A model generated the notes under the pieces. It saw only the letters and a list, made by a program, of their open reading frames with translations, was not told the origin of the DNA and ran no database searches. A program made the translations under genes and the position numbers. A stretch of DNA of 64,000 nt from a virus: positions 32,001 through 96,000 of IMG/VR virus record IMGVR_UViG_3300044623_000784; one strand, given 5' to 3'. This document shows, one piece after another, positions 8,688 through 18,235 of this stretch. How positions within the stretch are numbered: the stretch's first letter is position 1; every line of letters begins with the position of its first letter.

Positions 8688-9690
8688 TTAGTTTGGCCTT
8701 GATTGATTCTTGCAAATCAAGATCCTCCCTTACACGATTAACAAATGCTTCCTTGCCTTGCACCTTTGTGCCGTCAGGAAGTATATACCAAGCACCAGTT
8801 CGTTCTACAATACCATTTAGTTCTGCGGTAGTAACCAGATCACCAATGGTATCAAGACCAATATCATCACCTCTAAAGTAAAAATCATACTCACCAGACT
8901 GGAACCCTGGAGAGGTTTTGGAGAACTGTAGTTCCCACTTAATAGTTCTACCAATCTTTTCTTCAATTAATTTATCTCCTACCTTGATCTTGCCCTTAAT
9001 CGCTTGATTGTCTGACTCTGAAGAAAAGAGTTTAACAATACATGAGGAATAAAACTTAGTAGCCTGACCACCAGAAGGCTGCTGGCTAGTATACATAGCA
9101 TTGATATTGTTACGAGACTGAGAAATAAGAACAAGCAAAGTTGGCTTAACTTTATTGTTTGCATAGTTAAGCATTTTCCATGCGTTACTAAAGTCACGGG
9201 ATTCGGCTCCAATCTGTTTAGTGTTTTCTAATGCCTTCATTTCATCTGTATCTTTTTCAAAATAGATTGCTGGAAGCATTGATGTAATAGAGTCTACCAC
9301 AATTAGGTCTACGCCAGCGTTCATTAACCCAACACCTACGTCTACCATGTCGCTAATAGTTCTTGCTTGTGAGTAGATTAATTTTTCTGGATCTACCCCC
9401 AAAGTTCTTGCCCAGTCTTCTGAGTATGACATCTCTGAGTCAATCCATGCACACAGTTTGCCTTCGGCCTGTGCCAAAGCAATCATCTGAAGGCACATAG
9501 ATGACTTTGCAGAAGACTTAGATCCCCAGATAAGTACTTGCCTGCCATACGGTAGTCCTCCACCTAGGGCACGGTTTAAGCCAAAACTAGGAGTAGGTTG
9601 ATACTCATAGTTGACACCTACCCCACTACCCAATCTCTTTCTTAACTTAGGGTCTAACTGTGCTAATGCTTCTTCTATACTAACTGACAT
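8680..9690 (-). CDS. recA: RecA-like recombinase
   Basis: LNRALGGGLPYGR, variant Walker A GSKSSAKS, IDSE, LIVVDS, GGQATKFYSS, GIVERTGAWY; start MSVSIEE at 9690 after GGAGG. Confidence 0.92.
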   Translation of the reverse strand: MSVSIEEALAQLDPKLRKRLGSGVGVNYEYQPTPSFGLNRALGGGLPYGRQVLIWGSKSSAKSSMCLQMIALAQAEGKLCAWIDSEMSYSEDWARTLGVDPEKLIYSQARTISDMVDVGVGLMNAGVDLIVVDSITSMLPAIYFEKDTDEMKALENTKQIGAESRDFSNAWKMLNYANNKVKPTLLVLISQSRNNINAMYTSQQPSGGQATKFYSSCIVKLFSSESDNQAIKGKIKVGDKLIEEKIGRTIKWELQFSKTSPGFQSGEYDFYFRGDDIGLDTIGDLVTTAELNGIVERTGAWYILPDGTKVQGKEAFVNRVREDLDLQESIKAKLNG

Positions 9691-12600
9691 GTACATCCTC
9701 CAATGTTACTGTTCCGTCTTTAGTCTTGCCAAAACTAAACTTGTACGACTTTCCTTCTTCAATATGCATATATGCTTTTGCAAATGATGTAGGGAATACT
9801 GTGATAGAGTGTAAGTCCCTGCTTGTGTCTGCAAGTGTAAGAGATGCCATCTTTTTTCCAGTCTTTGTAATTCTTGGCTTAAAAGAAACTACAAACATTT
9901 CATCATCCTTGTATGGTAACTGCTTGTAACTTAAGAACTTTACAAGAGCATGCGATGATTCTTTTATCTCGTCTGAAGGTATGAAAGAAACAATCCTGTT
10001 ATCATTACACAAGACAAGATAAGAACGACCCGTCTCAATAGTTGTATTTTCATCGTCAAATATACCGACACTGCCAGTTTTGTCCAAAATTTCAACTCGT
10101 GACCATCCTGTTCCTCGTTTAATTGATTTTACCATACCCATAAATATGTATGATCCTTTTTCTTCAAAGTCAACAATGTCCTGAATGAATGCATAATAAT
10201 GAGAAGGTATTGTGATATTAAACTCTGGAAGATTTAAATACTCATACAAATTCTCTTTAATCTCTTGATCATTTCTGGGATTGTCATTAAATGTTGCAGC
10301 GCCTATTGCTCTTAGTGCCTGTAGTGCACGACTGTTTACTCCGTTGCCCTTGGTAAATGTAAATTCTTCAAGTTCTTTATACGAATTGAATGGTCGTGCT
10401 GATATGTATCGCTCACCAATCTTGTCAGATATGAACTTGATAGAACTGAGTCCAAACCGAATGCCTTTACCCTCAATTTTAAAATCAATATCCGAATCGT
10501 TAATGTGAGGTAACTTAACGCTAATGCCCATTCTTTTTGCTTCAATAAGATATTCAGTTCTCGCATCTTTGTCCTTTTCATTCTTTAGCACTGAGTACAT
10601 AAACTCAAGTGGGTAATAATACTTTAGCCATGCTGTCCAATAAGACAGAGTTGAGTATGCTACTGCGTGAGACTTGTTAAACGAGTACCCTGCGTGAGCC
10701 TCAAAGTCATGCCATAGATCACGAGCAGCGTTGGGAGCAATAAACTTTGATGCACCTTCTACAAACTTTTCTTTAAACTGATCAAATTCTTTAGCATCCT
10801 TCTTCTTTCCAATGATCTTTCTAACTTTATCTGCTTCCGACATGGACATACCGCCAAGGTGTACGCATGCTTGCATAACTTGCTCCTGGTAAAGAATACA
10901 GCCATAGGTGTCCTCCGTAAATTGTTTTAATACTTGGTGCGTATAAGAAATGTTTTGACGACCATGCTTGCGATCAACATAGTCCTTTCCGATAGTGTTC
11001 ATTGCACCTGGACGAACAAGAGCATTTGATGCTGCAAGTTCGTTTAGATTCTTGACACCCATCTTAACAAGAAGGTTTGTGTACGGTGCTGCTTCACACT
11101 GGAATACACCCTTTGTATATCCATCAGATAGCATCTGATAAACATTAGCATCATCCATTTTAATTTTAAGAAGGTCAATCTTCTTTCCATCTCGTTCTTT
11201 AATAATATCGATTGTATTTTTCAGAACAGATAAAGTTTTAAGACCCAACGCATCAATCTTAATCAAGCCAATTCTTTCAGCCTCTTCCATGTCAACACCC
11301 ACAACAGGAATTCTTTCATCAGACCCAGTAGAAGATCTTGTTTCAAGTGGTGCGTACCTAAAGATTGGTTCTTTTGCAGTTACAACACCTGCAGCATGGA
11401 TTCCTGTACCACGAATTCGACCACGTAGTTGCTCTCCATAAATCTCCACCTCTGGATACTTTTCACGGAACTCGTATGTTGATTTAGATGTACAGAAGTC
11501 ATCCCATGTGTCTACAGTTTTCAATACTTTATTCACGTCCGATAGCGGAATGTTTAATACTCGTGCAACGTCTCTCACAATTCCCTTACCTGTAAACTCA
11601 AGGAAGGTGGCAATAGATGCAACATGTCGATACTGTCTAACAAGATAATCTTTAACTTCTTCACGACGAGTATCCTGAATATCTGTATCAATATCTGGAA
11701 AGTCATTACGCTCAGGATTAATAAAGCGGAAAAAGAGAAGGTTGTGCTCAATAGGATCAATATCTGTAATCTTTAGTGCATAACAAACCAGAGAGCCAGC
11801 AGACGAACCACGACCTGGACCAACCAGAATCTCTTCTTTCTTGGCCCAGTTGATCATGTTACTCACAACAAGGAAGTATGGAGCAAACTTTTTATCCTTA
11901 ATAATCTGTAACTCTTCTTCAAGTCTATCTAGATATTCTTGGTTTTCTGACAAACCTCGTTCTGCCAAACCTTCTAATGCTACCTTTGCAAGTTCTTTGT
12001 CAGGGCTTTTGTATTGTACTGGTAGAAGGTTTAGACCTTCTTGAATTCCATAGTCTCCTACTGTGTCTGCTAATAGGAGTGTGTTTGAGTATATGTCTGG
12101 TCGGTCAATACCCTGCGATTCCATGGCTGCTTTCATCTCTTCATATGATAGAAGGTGGATATCAAACTTATTAAATGTAATCTGACGGTCTTCGCCATAA
12201 AGATAGTCAAGGCGTTCCATCATGCTGCCCTTTTTCTTTGACTTTTCATATGTTGCATCTTTTACGAACTTGCCGTGTGTGTTCATGAGCAACTTAAACT
12301 CTTGAACTTCCTTTTGTGATGGATCGACATGGTGGCAGTCTGGTGTCACAATAACCTTAATACCAAACTCATCTGCAAGTTCTATTAAATACTTATTGAT
12401 GTGTGCTTCGTTATGGGGCATAACCTCAATGTAGTAGTCGTCAGCAAAGCGCTCTTTGAACCAAGAGATATATTTCTTTGCGAGAGCAAACTCTTCTTCC
12501 TCAAGTGCTTTAACTAAAACGCTACTTGGGCAAGCAGAAGAAACAATGATTCCTTCTTTATACTTTTCCAATATACTAAAATCAAATCTTGGCTTCTTAA

Positions 12601-12955
12601 AGAAACCATCTGTCCAAGACAGTTCGCTAATTTTATTAAGGTTTTCTAAACCAATTTGATTCTTGGCTAGAAGGATAATGTGGTTATAGACAAGATCTTG
12701 TTGACCTTCTCTTTCAGACTTATCTCGTGTATCAGATATGTCTGCACACATGTATCCCTCTAGCCCAAGAATTGGCTTAATGCCCTTTGCTTTTGCAATA
12801 CGGTGCAGTTCCCTATGCCCAGATAAAGTACCGTGGTCAGTGATGGCAATTGCTGGCATCCCTAACTCAACTGCACGGTTCACGTATTCTTCTGGAGTAG
12901 CAATCCCATCAAACAAACTAAAATGGGTGTGGACATGTAAGCCTACGTAGTTCAT
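9680..12955 (-). CDS. dnaE: DNA polymerase III alpha subunit (family C)
   Basis: PHP domain LHVHTHFSLFDG and ITDHG; GPGRGSSAGSLV; PDIDTD; HAAG; GYSFNKSHA; start MNYVGL at 12955. Confidence 0.95.
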   Translation of the reverse strand: MNYVGLHVHTHFSLFDGIATPEEYVNRAVELGMPAIAITDHGTLSGHRELHRIAKAKGIKPILGLEGYMCADISDTRDKSEREGQQDLVYNHIILLAKNQIGLENLNKISELSWTDGFFKKPRFDFSILEKYKEGIIVSSACPSSVLVKALEEEEFALAKKYISWFKERFADDYYIEVMPHNEAHINKYLIELADEFGIKVIVTPDCHHVDPSQKEVQEFKLLMNTHGKFVKDATYEKSKKKGSMMERLDYLYGEDRQITFNKFDIHLLSYEEMKAAMESQGIDRPDIYSNTLLLADTVGDYGIQEGLNLLPVQYKSPDKELAKVALEGLAERGLSENQEYLDRLEEELQIIKDKKFAPYFLVVSNMINWAKKEEILVGPGRGSSAGSLVCYALKITDIDPIEHNLLFFRFINPERNDFPDIDTDIQDTRREEVKDYLVRQYRHVASIATFLEFTGKGIVRDVARVLNIPLSDVNKVLKTVDTWDDFCTSKSTYEFREKYPEVEIYGEQLRGRIRGTGIHAAGVVTAKEPIFRYAPLETRSSTGSDERIPVVGVDMEEAERIGLIKIDALGLKTLSVLKNTIDIIKERDGKKIDLLKIKMDDANVYQMLSDGYTKGVFQCEAAPYTNLLVKMGVKNLNELAASNALVRPGAMNTIGKDYVDRKHGRQNISYTHQVLKQFTEDTYGCILYQEQVMQACVHLGGMSMSEADKVRKIIGKKKDAKEFDQFKEKFVEGASKFIAPNAARDLWHDFEAHAGYSFNKSHAVAYSTLSYWTAWLKYYYPLEFMYSVLKNEKDKDARTEYLIEAKRMGISVKLPHINDSDIDFKIEGKGIRFGLSSIKFISDKIGERYISARPFNSYKELEEFTFTKGNGVNSRALQALRAIGAATFNDNPRNDQEIKENLYEYLNLPEFNITIPSHYYAFIQDIVDFEEKGSYIFMGMVKSIKRGTGWSRVEILDKTGSVGIFDDENTTIETGRSYLVLCNDNRIVSFIPSDEIKESSHALVKFLSYKQLPYKDDEMFVVSFKPRITKTGKKMASLTLADTSRDLHSITVFPTSFAKAYMHIEEGKSYKFSFGKTKDGTVTLEDVHVS

Positions 12956-12956
12956 A

Positions 12957-13613
12957 TTACCAATCAGCGTTTGTTGCTGAGGTGGTAGATGGGCCATCAA
13001 AGCCCAAGTAGAACGCTTCTTGTTCTGCGTATGGAATCTTCTTTAGTGCTGACTCCAAAGGATAAGGCTCGATATCTTTCCAATCGAATGGTTCCTTATC
13101 TGGTGCTGATGGAATAAGTGTGTAATTGGTTTCAGTTCCCTGACCATTACGCTTTAACTTCCACATTACGTTTGAGATGCTTCCTGTTTCAAGGGCATAC
13201 TCACGAATTGTATTAAATGATGATTGCTTGCTGATACCCATTGACCAGATTGCAACATACGGTGCTTCAATTCCATCGTCAACTAGAACGTTGCAATAGA
13301 AGCGAAGACGGCCACGCCATCCTGCCTTTGGATCCTTACGGTGCATTTCTTCTGCCCAGTCACGGCCTTCTGACTCCATTGTATCTACAGCCTTACGCTT
13401 GTAGTCCTTTGGATTTACGTGTTCCTTAACAACAAGTGCTAGTCCACGCTTTTCGTTATAGTTTGCAGAATCCTCATCTAGTTCTTCAATGAATCGGATC
13501 TTTACTGATTGCCCATCGGCAAGTTTTAGCCACTTAACCTTTGGTCCTTCGTTTTCGTACTTTGGTCTGTCGAGCAGGGCGTTGATGTTCTTGATTCCCT
13601 TTACAATGCTCAT
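12957..13613 (-). CDS. Putative single-stranded DNA-binding protein (gp32-like)
   Basis: WLKLADGQSVKIRF..RFYCNV..WKLKRNGQGTETNY pattern, short acidic tail, position between primase and dnaE. Confidence 0.65.
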   Translation of the reverse strand: MSIVKGIKNINALLDRPKYENEGPKVKWLKLADGQSVKIRFIEELDEDSANYNEKRGLALVVKEHVNPKDYKRKAVDTMESEGRDWAEEMHRKDPKAGWRGRLRFYCNVLVDDGIEAPYVAIWSMGISKQSSFNTIREYALETGSISNVMWKLKRNGQGTETNYTLIPSAPDKEPFDWKDIEPYPLESALKKIPYAEQEAFYLGFDGPSTTSATNADW

Positions 13614-13637
13614 ATTTTTCTCCTTTGTGTGTTTGTA

Positions 13638-14582
13638 TTAGTTTAGCATAGACTCTATGGTTTTGTCAAACGAAGAACTTAAAGACTTAATTTCTTCATC
13701 TGGCATATCGCCTATGTCTTTATATTTTGTATTTAGTTGTATAACAGATACACGAGATCCAAGTTTTTCAATTATCCTGTCTTTCATGTTTCCTCCTGCC
13801 TCATCATTATCTGCAATAACAAGAATGTTATTGAAATACTTTTGAAGCAATTCTATTTGTGAACTTGATACATTTGCCCCTAGGGTTGCAACGGCTGGTA
13901 GACCTACCTGGTCAAGCCTAATTGCATCAAATGATGATTCCACTACATACACTCTATCAGATTTCTTAACTCTGTGCAAGTTAAAAAGTGTCTTGCTCTT
14001 TGGAAGACCTGGAGTATTTTTAAAATCTTTTCCTTCAATAGACCTACCAACAAACCCAATTGCAATTCCATCTGGACTATGTACTGGAACTGTGACCATG
14101 TCCTGCTTATCTGAATAACCTAAAGAAAACTTTGACCAAGATTCAATCTCAATATGCCTTGATATAAAATAATTTTTTGGTCTATCTAGTGATACTAGAT
14201 TGTTATAAAGCCTTTTTAGTATATCTACATCAAACTGTTTAAACTCTTTTTCTACCACAAGGCTTTTATTAATATCATCAACAAGATTGCTTAACTTTTC
14301 TTTTGACTTGATGTATCTGGCTCCTTCAAAATAAGTTCTGCCAGAAGTGTGCATAATTAACTCTATAAGGTCTGCTGTCTTTTGGCAAGAGAAACAAAAG
14401 AACAAACCGTTTAACTTGTGTACTTCTCCTGCTGGGGTTCTGTGATTATTGTGGAAGGGGCAAAAAATTATATAATTATCTGACAAGTCAGACTCAATGT
14501 CTATACCCGATCCTGTAAGGACTCTTCGGACTTGGTCTGCGGTATAAAGATTGGATTGGTTCCGTCTATACCTGCTATCCAT
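13638..14582 (-). CDS. DNA primase (CHC2 zinc finger plus Toprim)
   Basis: CPFH..CFSC, VVESSFD, IADNDEAG, KDIGD. Confidence 0.9.
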   Translation of the reverse strand: MDSRYRRNQSNLYTADQVRRVLTGSGIDIESDLSDNYIIFCPFHNNHRTPAGEVHKLNGLFFCFSCQKTADLIELIMHTSGRTYFEGARYIKSKEKLSNLVDDINKSLVVEKEFKQFDVDILKRLYNNLVSLDRPKNYFISRHIEIESWSKFSLGYSDKQDMVTVPVHSPDGIAIGFVGRSIEGKDFKNTPGLPKSKTLFNLHRVKKSDRVYVVESSFDAIRLDQVGLPAVATLGANVSSSQIELLQKYFNNILVIADNDEAGGNMKDRIIEKLGSRVSVIQLNTKYKDIGDMPDEEIKSLSSSFDKTIESMLN

Positions 14583-14854
14583 TCGCTTTTCCTCTTCCCT
14601 GCGTAAACTGCCTGTATCGATAATTCAAATTCGTAAAAGTTCTTGTTACTATTATATCTTATTGTGAAGTCTGGGTCAAGGTCAATCCTTGGCACATACC
14701 CGCTTAGTTTCATTTCTGAGACTAACAATCTTATGTATTCTATTTTGAGTCTGCCTATCATGGAATCATCGTGAATGATCCCATCAAGATAAAACCTTTT
14801 TATGGGCTTATGATGGTAGAACGTTGGTGGCAGGTTCTCTCTTTTTTCTGACAT
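14501..14854 (-). CDS. Hypothetical protein
   Basis: 117-aa ORF between helicase and primase, preceded by TATAAT 5 nt before its ATG. Confidence 0.65.
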   Translation of the reverse strand: MSEKRENLPPTFYHHKPIKRFYLDGIIHDDSMIGRLKIEYIRLLVSEMKLSGYVPRIDLDPDFTIRYNSNKNFYEFELSIQAVYAGKRKSEWIAGIDGTNPIFIPQTKSEESLQDRV

Positions 14855-14866
14855 ATCATATTATAA

Positions 14867-16087
14867 CTACTTATCTTCAAAGTCTTTGTACCTATAGTAT
14901 CCCTTGTCAAAATCGCACTGAACTAGGAAGTCTCCCATAAATCCATTACGGTTCTTTCTAAAGGCACACTCAATGATATCGCTATTGGTTCCACGCCCTA
15001 GAGCAAGTACCCAGTCAGCATCGTAGGCAATCTGTCTAGACCATGCTGTTTGACCCAGCGTAGGTACCGTAGAGAGGTCGTTAACGTCATCTGGTGTTGC
15101 AGATGATATAGCAATAATAGGAACTTCTTCACCAATAGCCATTAGTTTAAGTTCTCTTGAAAGGTTCTTCATTCGTACCGTTTCATTATCTGACTTCTGA
15201 TTAGGAGCCATCAACTGAAGGTAGTCAACGATTACAAAGTCTGGCCTATACTGATCAATTTTTCCACGAAGAACAGAAGGGTTGATCTCTCCACCTTGAT
15301 CGTTTGATATGATATGAAATTCTGGCTTTCCTGCAAGATTCTTTGCATGCCATTCCTTTAGCATGTCAATTTCAATCTCGCCATTGCTAATCTTTCTATG
15401 TGACCAGCGACCTTCACCCATAATAGTAAATACACGGTTTCTTACTTCTGTCTCTGACATCTCAAGGGATATCACAAGGGGTGTCTTACCCTGCTTCCAG
15501 GCCTGCACAGCAAAGTACAGGGCTAACCAAGACTTTCCTATACCTGGGTATGCCAAGAAGACTCCTAACTGCCCTGGCATAATTCCAGATGGCAAGTAGT
15601 TATCAAATCCTGGCAAGCCAGTCTTGATGCCAATATGTCCTAGGGCTTGTTGCTTCTTTACATTTTCAAAGTAAGCAACTGCAGACTCTAGGTCTGTGAC
15701 ATCAATATCACGAATAGCAGCGGTGTTCTTTTTTAACTCTGAGGTCTTTGTAATAAGATCGTTTAGGGCAATACTGCCTTGATTATTTTGTACATTTGTT
15801 GCTGCGGATCTAAGAATATCTTTTAGACTATCATTTAAATATTCTCCTTGAAGTTCTTCAAGATGATGCTTTGTTGCTCCAACCCCTGCTATTGGTTCAA
15901 AGTCTCTAAACTTTTCTGTAACTAATTCTTGTGGTGGCAAAGAAGCGTTTGCTTCAAAGTATAAACGAACAAACTCCCAGATATCTCCGTGGGTTCTTAG
16001 AAGATTATCAACATTGGCTTGAAGAAGAACATGCATCTGCTTATCTTTAAGGACTGCCGTAATTAGTTTTGACTCTGTATTATTCAC
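14867..16087 (-). CDS. dnaB: DnaB-like replicative helicase
   Basis: AYPGIGKS, SLEMS, VIVDYLQLM, YDAD, KNRNG. Confidence 0.92.
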   Translation of the reverse strand: MNNTESKLITAVLKDKQMHVLLQANVDNLLRTHGDIWEFVRLYFEANASLPPQELVTEKFRDFEPIAGVGATKHHLEELQGEYLNDSLKDILRSAATNVQNNQGSIALNDLITKTSELKKNTAAIRDIDVTDLESAVAYFENVKKQQALGHIGIKTGLPGFDNYLPSGIMPGQLGVFLAYPGIGKSWLALYFAVQAWKQGKTPLVISLEMSETEVRNRVFTIMGEGRWSHRKISNGEIEIDMLKEWHAKNLAGKPEFHIISNDQGGEINPSVLRGKIDQYRPDFVIVDYLQLMAPNQKSDNETVRMKNLSRELKLMAIGEEVPIIAISSATPDDVNDLSTVPTLGQTAWSRQIAYDADWVLALGRGTNSDIIECAFRKNRNGFMGDFLVQCDFDKGYYRYKDFEDK

Positions 16088-16388
16088 TTAGCCACTCCTT
16101 TGCCATTCGTCTACGCTCTTCCCTTTCTGAATTATCTTTTGCTTTGTCTCTTTGTGCCTGTAGTATTTTTTCTGCATTATATGCAAAGTAGTTCCATGAA
16201 GGATTCTCTGCAACATTAAAGTAATACTCAAGTATATCGTAACATCCTGGTAGCGTATATGATTCAACAAGAGCATCTGATGCCCACTGTTCTACATTTA
16301 GATTTAAGGATGGCTTTGATTCGTACCTTGCGGTATGATACTTGCTGTATCTTGAAAGCAAAGCCATTCGGTCTTTGCGTTCTGCCAT
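16080..16388 (-). CDS. Hypothetical protein (possible helicase partner)
   Basis: 102-aa ORF overlapping the dnaB start. Confidence 0.65.
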   Translation of the reverse strand: MAERKDRMALLSRYSKYHTARYESKPSLNLNVEQWASDALVESYTLPGCYDILEYYFNVAENPSWNYFAYNAEKILQAQRDKAKDNSEREERRRMAKEWLSE

Positions 16389-16618
16389 TATCCTTCAGCA
16401 GCCTCCGATTGGGCTTCTAAAATCTTTGCAGTTAGTTTGTCTTCAACAAACTTGTAAACACGCTCAAAAGATTGATCGACTGTCTCACCATTGCGTGAAC
16501 TATCAACAACGCCAAGATCAAGTCTTAGTGATTGGAAATTTCCTAGATTTAATGTGTATCCAAGTGTTACAGATACCTTTGTTGGCTCATTTGTTACTAC
16601 ATAATTGCTGTCTGACAT
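16388..16618 (-). CDS. Hypothetical protein
   Basis: KVSVTLGYTLNLGNFQSLRLDLGV core; likely start MSDSNY at 16618 after GAAGGG. Confidence 0.65.
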   Translation of the reverse strand: MSDSNYVVTNEPTKVSVTLGYTLNLGNFQSLRLDLGVVDSSRNGETVDQSFERVYKFVEDKLTAKILEAQSEAAEG

Positions 16619-16631
16619 TTTATACCCTTCG

Positions 16632-17174
16632 TTAAATAGACTCATTCCAGATTGGAATAAATCGCCCATCTTCTGTTCTCCTATATGTAAGTATACCATC
16701 GCCCATTCTTCGTGTCAACTCTTGTTTACTAGGCGTAATATCATTAGTAATTAACTTATCTTTTCTTGGTCTGCCAATATGATATGAAGCAAGTATATCA
16801 CGGATCTCTTTTACTTGTGATTCTGAGTAATATGATCTTACCTGAAATCCTCTGGCCCCACCCTTTTGAGATCCCGTTGGAAAAGGTATAATACCTTTCT
16901 TCATTAAGGTTGGCATATATTTTTTATGACGATTAACTAAATCAGCAGTCTGACCAACAGTGTATGCTCGCTCTCTTTTATTTTTAAAATCACTAATTAA
17001 ACAACTTTCAATCTGATCTTTAGTAATATTATAGACAGACATTATTCCATTAGAATGATTGTAGTGATGTATCCTAACAAGGTCCCCATTAAGAAACCAA
17101 ACCTTTTTGTTACCTGGTATTACAGGTGACTCATTGTATTTTTCGCTCTCGATTGTTCCCTTTTTAGTAACCAT
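16632..17174 (-). CDS. MerR-like HTH DNA-binding protein
   Basis: YTVGQTADLVNRHKKYMPTLMKKGIIP..RSYYSESQV. Confidence 0.6.
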   Translation of the reverse strand: MVTKKGTIESEKYNESPVIPGNKKVWFLNGDLVRIHHYNHSNGIMSVYNITKDQIESCLISDFKNKRERAYTVGQTADLVNRHKKYMPTLMKKGIIPFPTGSQKGGARGFQVRSYYSESQVKEIRDILASYHIGRPRKDKLITNDITPSKQELTRRMGDGILTYRRTEDGRFIPIWNESI

Positions 17175-17311
17175 CGTCCCTCCAAGGTGTGGCTAGGTGG
17201 ATGAAAGAATACTCTAAATCCACAACTCATACAATAAACTTCTAAATGATTAATCTCAGTATATTGTCTATCTATAAACATTCTGCCTTTGCATTTTTTA
17301 CATGACATCAT
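17120..17311 (-). CDS. Small zinc-ribbon protein
   Basis: CKKCKG..YCMSCGFR. Confidence 0.65.
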   Translation of the reverse strand: MMSCKKCKGRMFIDRQYTEINHLEVYCMSCGFRVFFHPPSHTLEGRWLLKREQSRAKNTMSHL

Positions 17312-17754
17312 TAGTTGGGGATTCCAACTACTATTAGGTTAAGACCAACGCTTGTGTCTCCTCCAGTATTAAACTTAACTGTTCCCTCTACTCTAGAAGT
17401 TGATACACTATTTATAGTTACCGTTACATCTTTTCCAGCATCAGTGTTTCCTACGTTAATCGGGGTTACTGTTACTATGGGAGCAAACTTAAAGTCTGTT
17501 GAAAAGTCATAGGAGAATGTTTTGGACGATCCTGCGATCTGGGTGGTACTTGTTGTTACCTGAACGTACCCACCGATTATACGAGCCTCTGATGACTTTA
17601 CGCTCTGCTTACCTGATGTCGGTGTGTCTACTGTAACATACTTGTAAACTGAGGTTGATATCTGAGATGAAAGATCATTAATAGCCTTAACAATCTGATA
17701 TATATAGGTTACGTCTAGAGGTTGTCCTCTTTCTGGCACAGGTAATATTGACAT
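17311..17754 (-). CDS. Hypothetical beta-rich protein, probably virion-associated
   Basis: Last gene of the tail block; FSTDFKFAPIVTVT motif; apparent leaderless promoter. Confidence 0.55.
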   Translation of the reverse strand: MSILPVPERGQPLDVTYIYQIVKAINDLSSQISTSVYKYVTVDTPTSGKQSVKSSEARIIGGYVQVTTSTTQIAGSSKTFSYDFSTDFKFAPIVTVTPINVGNTDAGKDVTVTINSVSTSRVEGTVKFNTGGDTSVGLNLIVVGIPN

Positions 17755-17760
17755 ACTCTA

Positions 17761-17769
17761 ATTATACCA
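17761..17769 (-). promoter_or_regulatory. Extended -10 promoter TGGTATAAT, leaderless arrangement
   Basis: TGGTATAAT-TAGAGT-ATG (6-nt spacer to ATG 17754), no SD. Confidence 0.7.
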
Positions 17770-18235
17770 GAGACCCTGTAACTGCGTTCCTGGTTCCTGA
17801 GTCAAAGATTTTGATAGTTTTACCTGGTGTTGGAGTTCCTGATATAACCTGTGGTTTTGTTGATGCTAATTGTACCAACACTCTAATTGTCTGAGGAGTT
17901 CCAGTTTTTAAAAATGAAATACTTGTTCCAGTTGGTGTTCCAATATGTGTCATTGTGGGGCTAGAATCATATTGAACAAAAACATCATACTTTGTTTGGT
18001 CTGCTGGATTTGACCCATTAGACCAGTTTACCAATACTAAGTTTCCAACTATAGTTATATCTCCTGGCAAAACCTGAACGAACTGTCCATTAATCATAAA
18101 AATCTGTGACCATGCAGACTTTCTATTCTTGTCTTCTGCTACTAGCCTAAACCTTATAACTCTTCCATTTTCTGAAGAAACTTTTCCTAAAAGTTCTTTT
18201 TTAACTATAACATTTTTGATTCCTGCATCTGCCAC
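17762..18235 (-). CDS. Putative minor tail protein
   Basis: 157-aa ORF coupled to the upstream tail genes. Confidence 0.55.
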   Translation of the reverse strand: MADAGIKNVIVKKELLGKVSSENGRVIRFRLVAEDKNRKSAWSQIFMINGQFVQVLPGDITIVGNLVLVNWSNGSNPADQTKYDVFVQYDSSPTMTHIGTPTGTSISFLKTGTPQTIRVLVQLASTKPQVISGTPTPGKTIKIFDSGTRNAVTGSLV

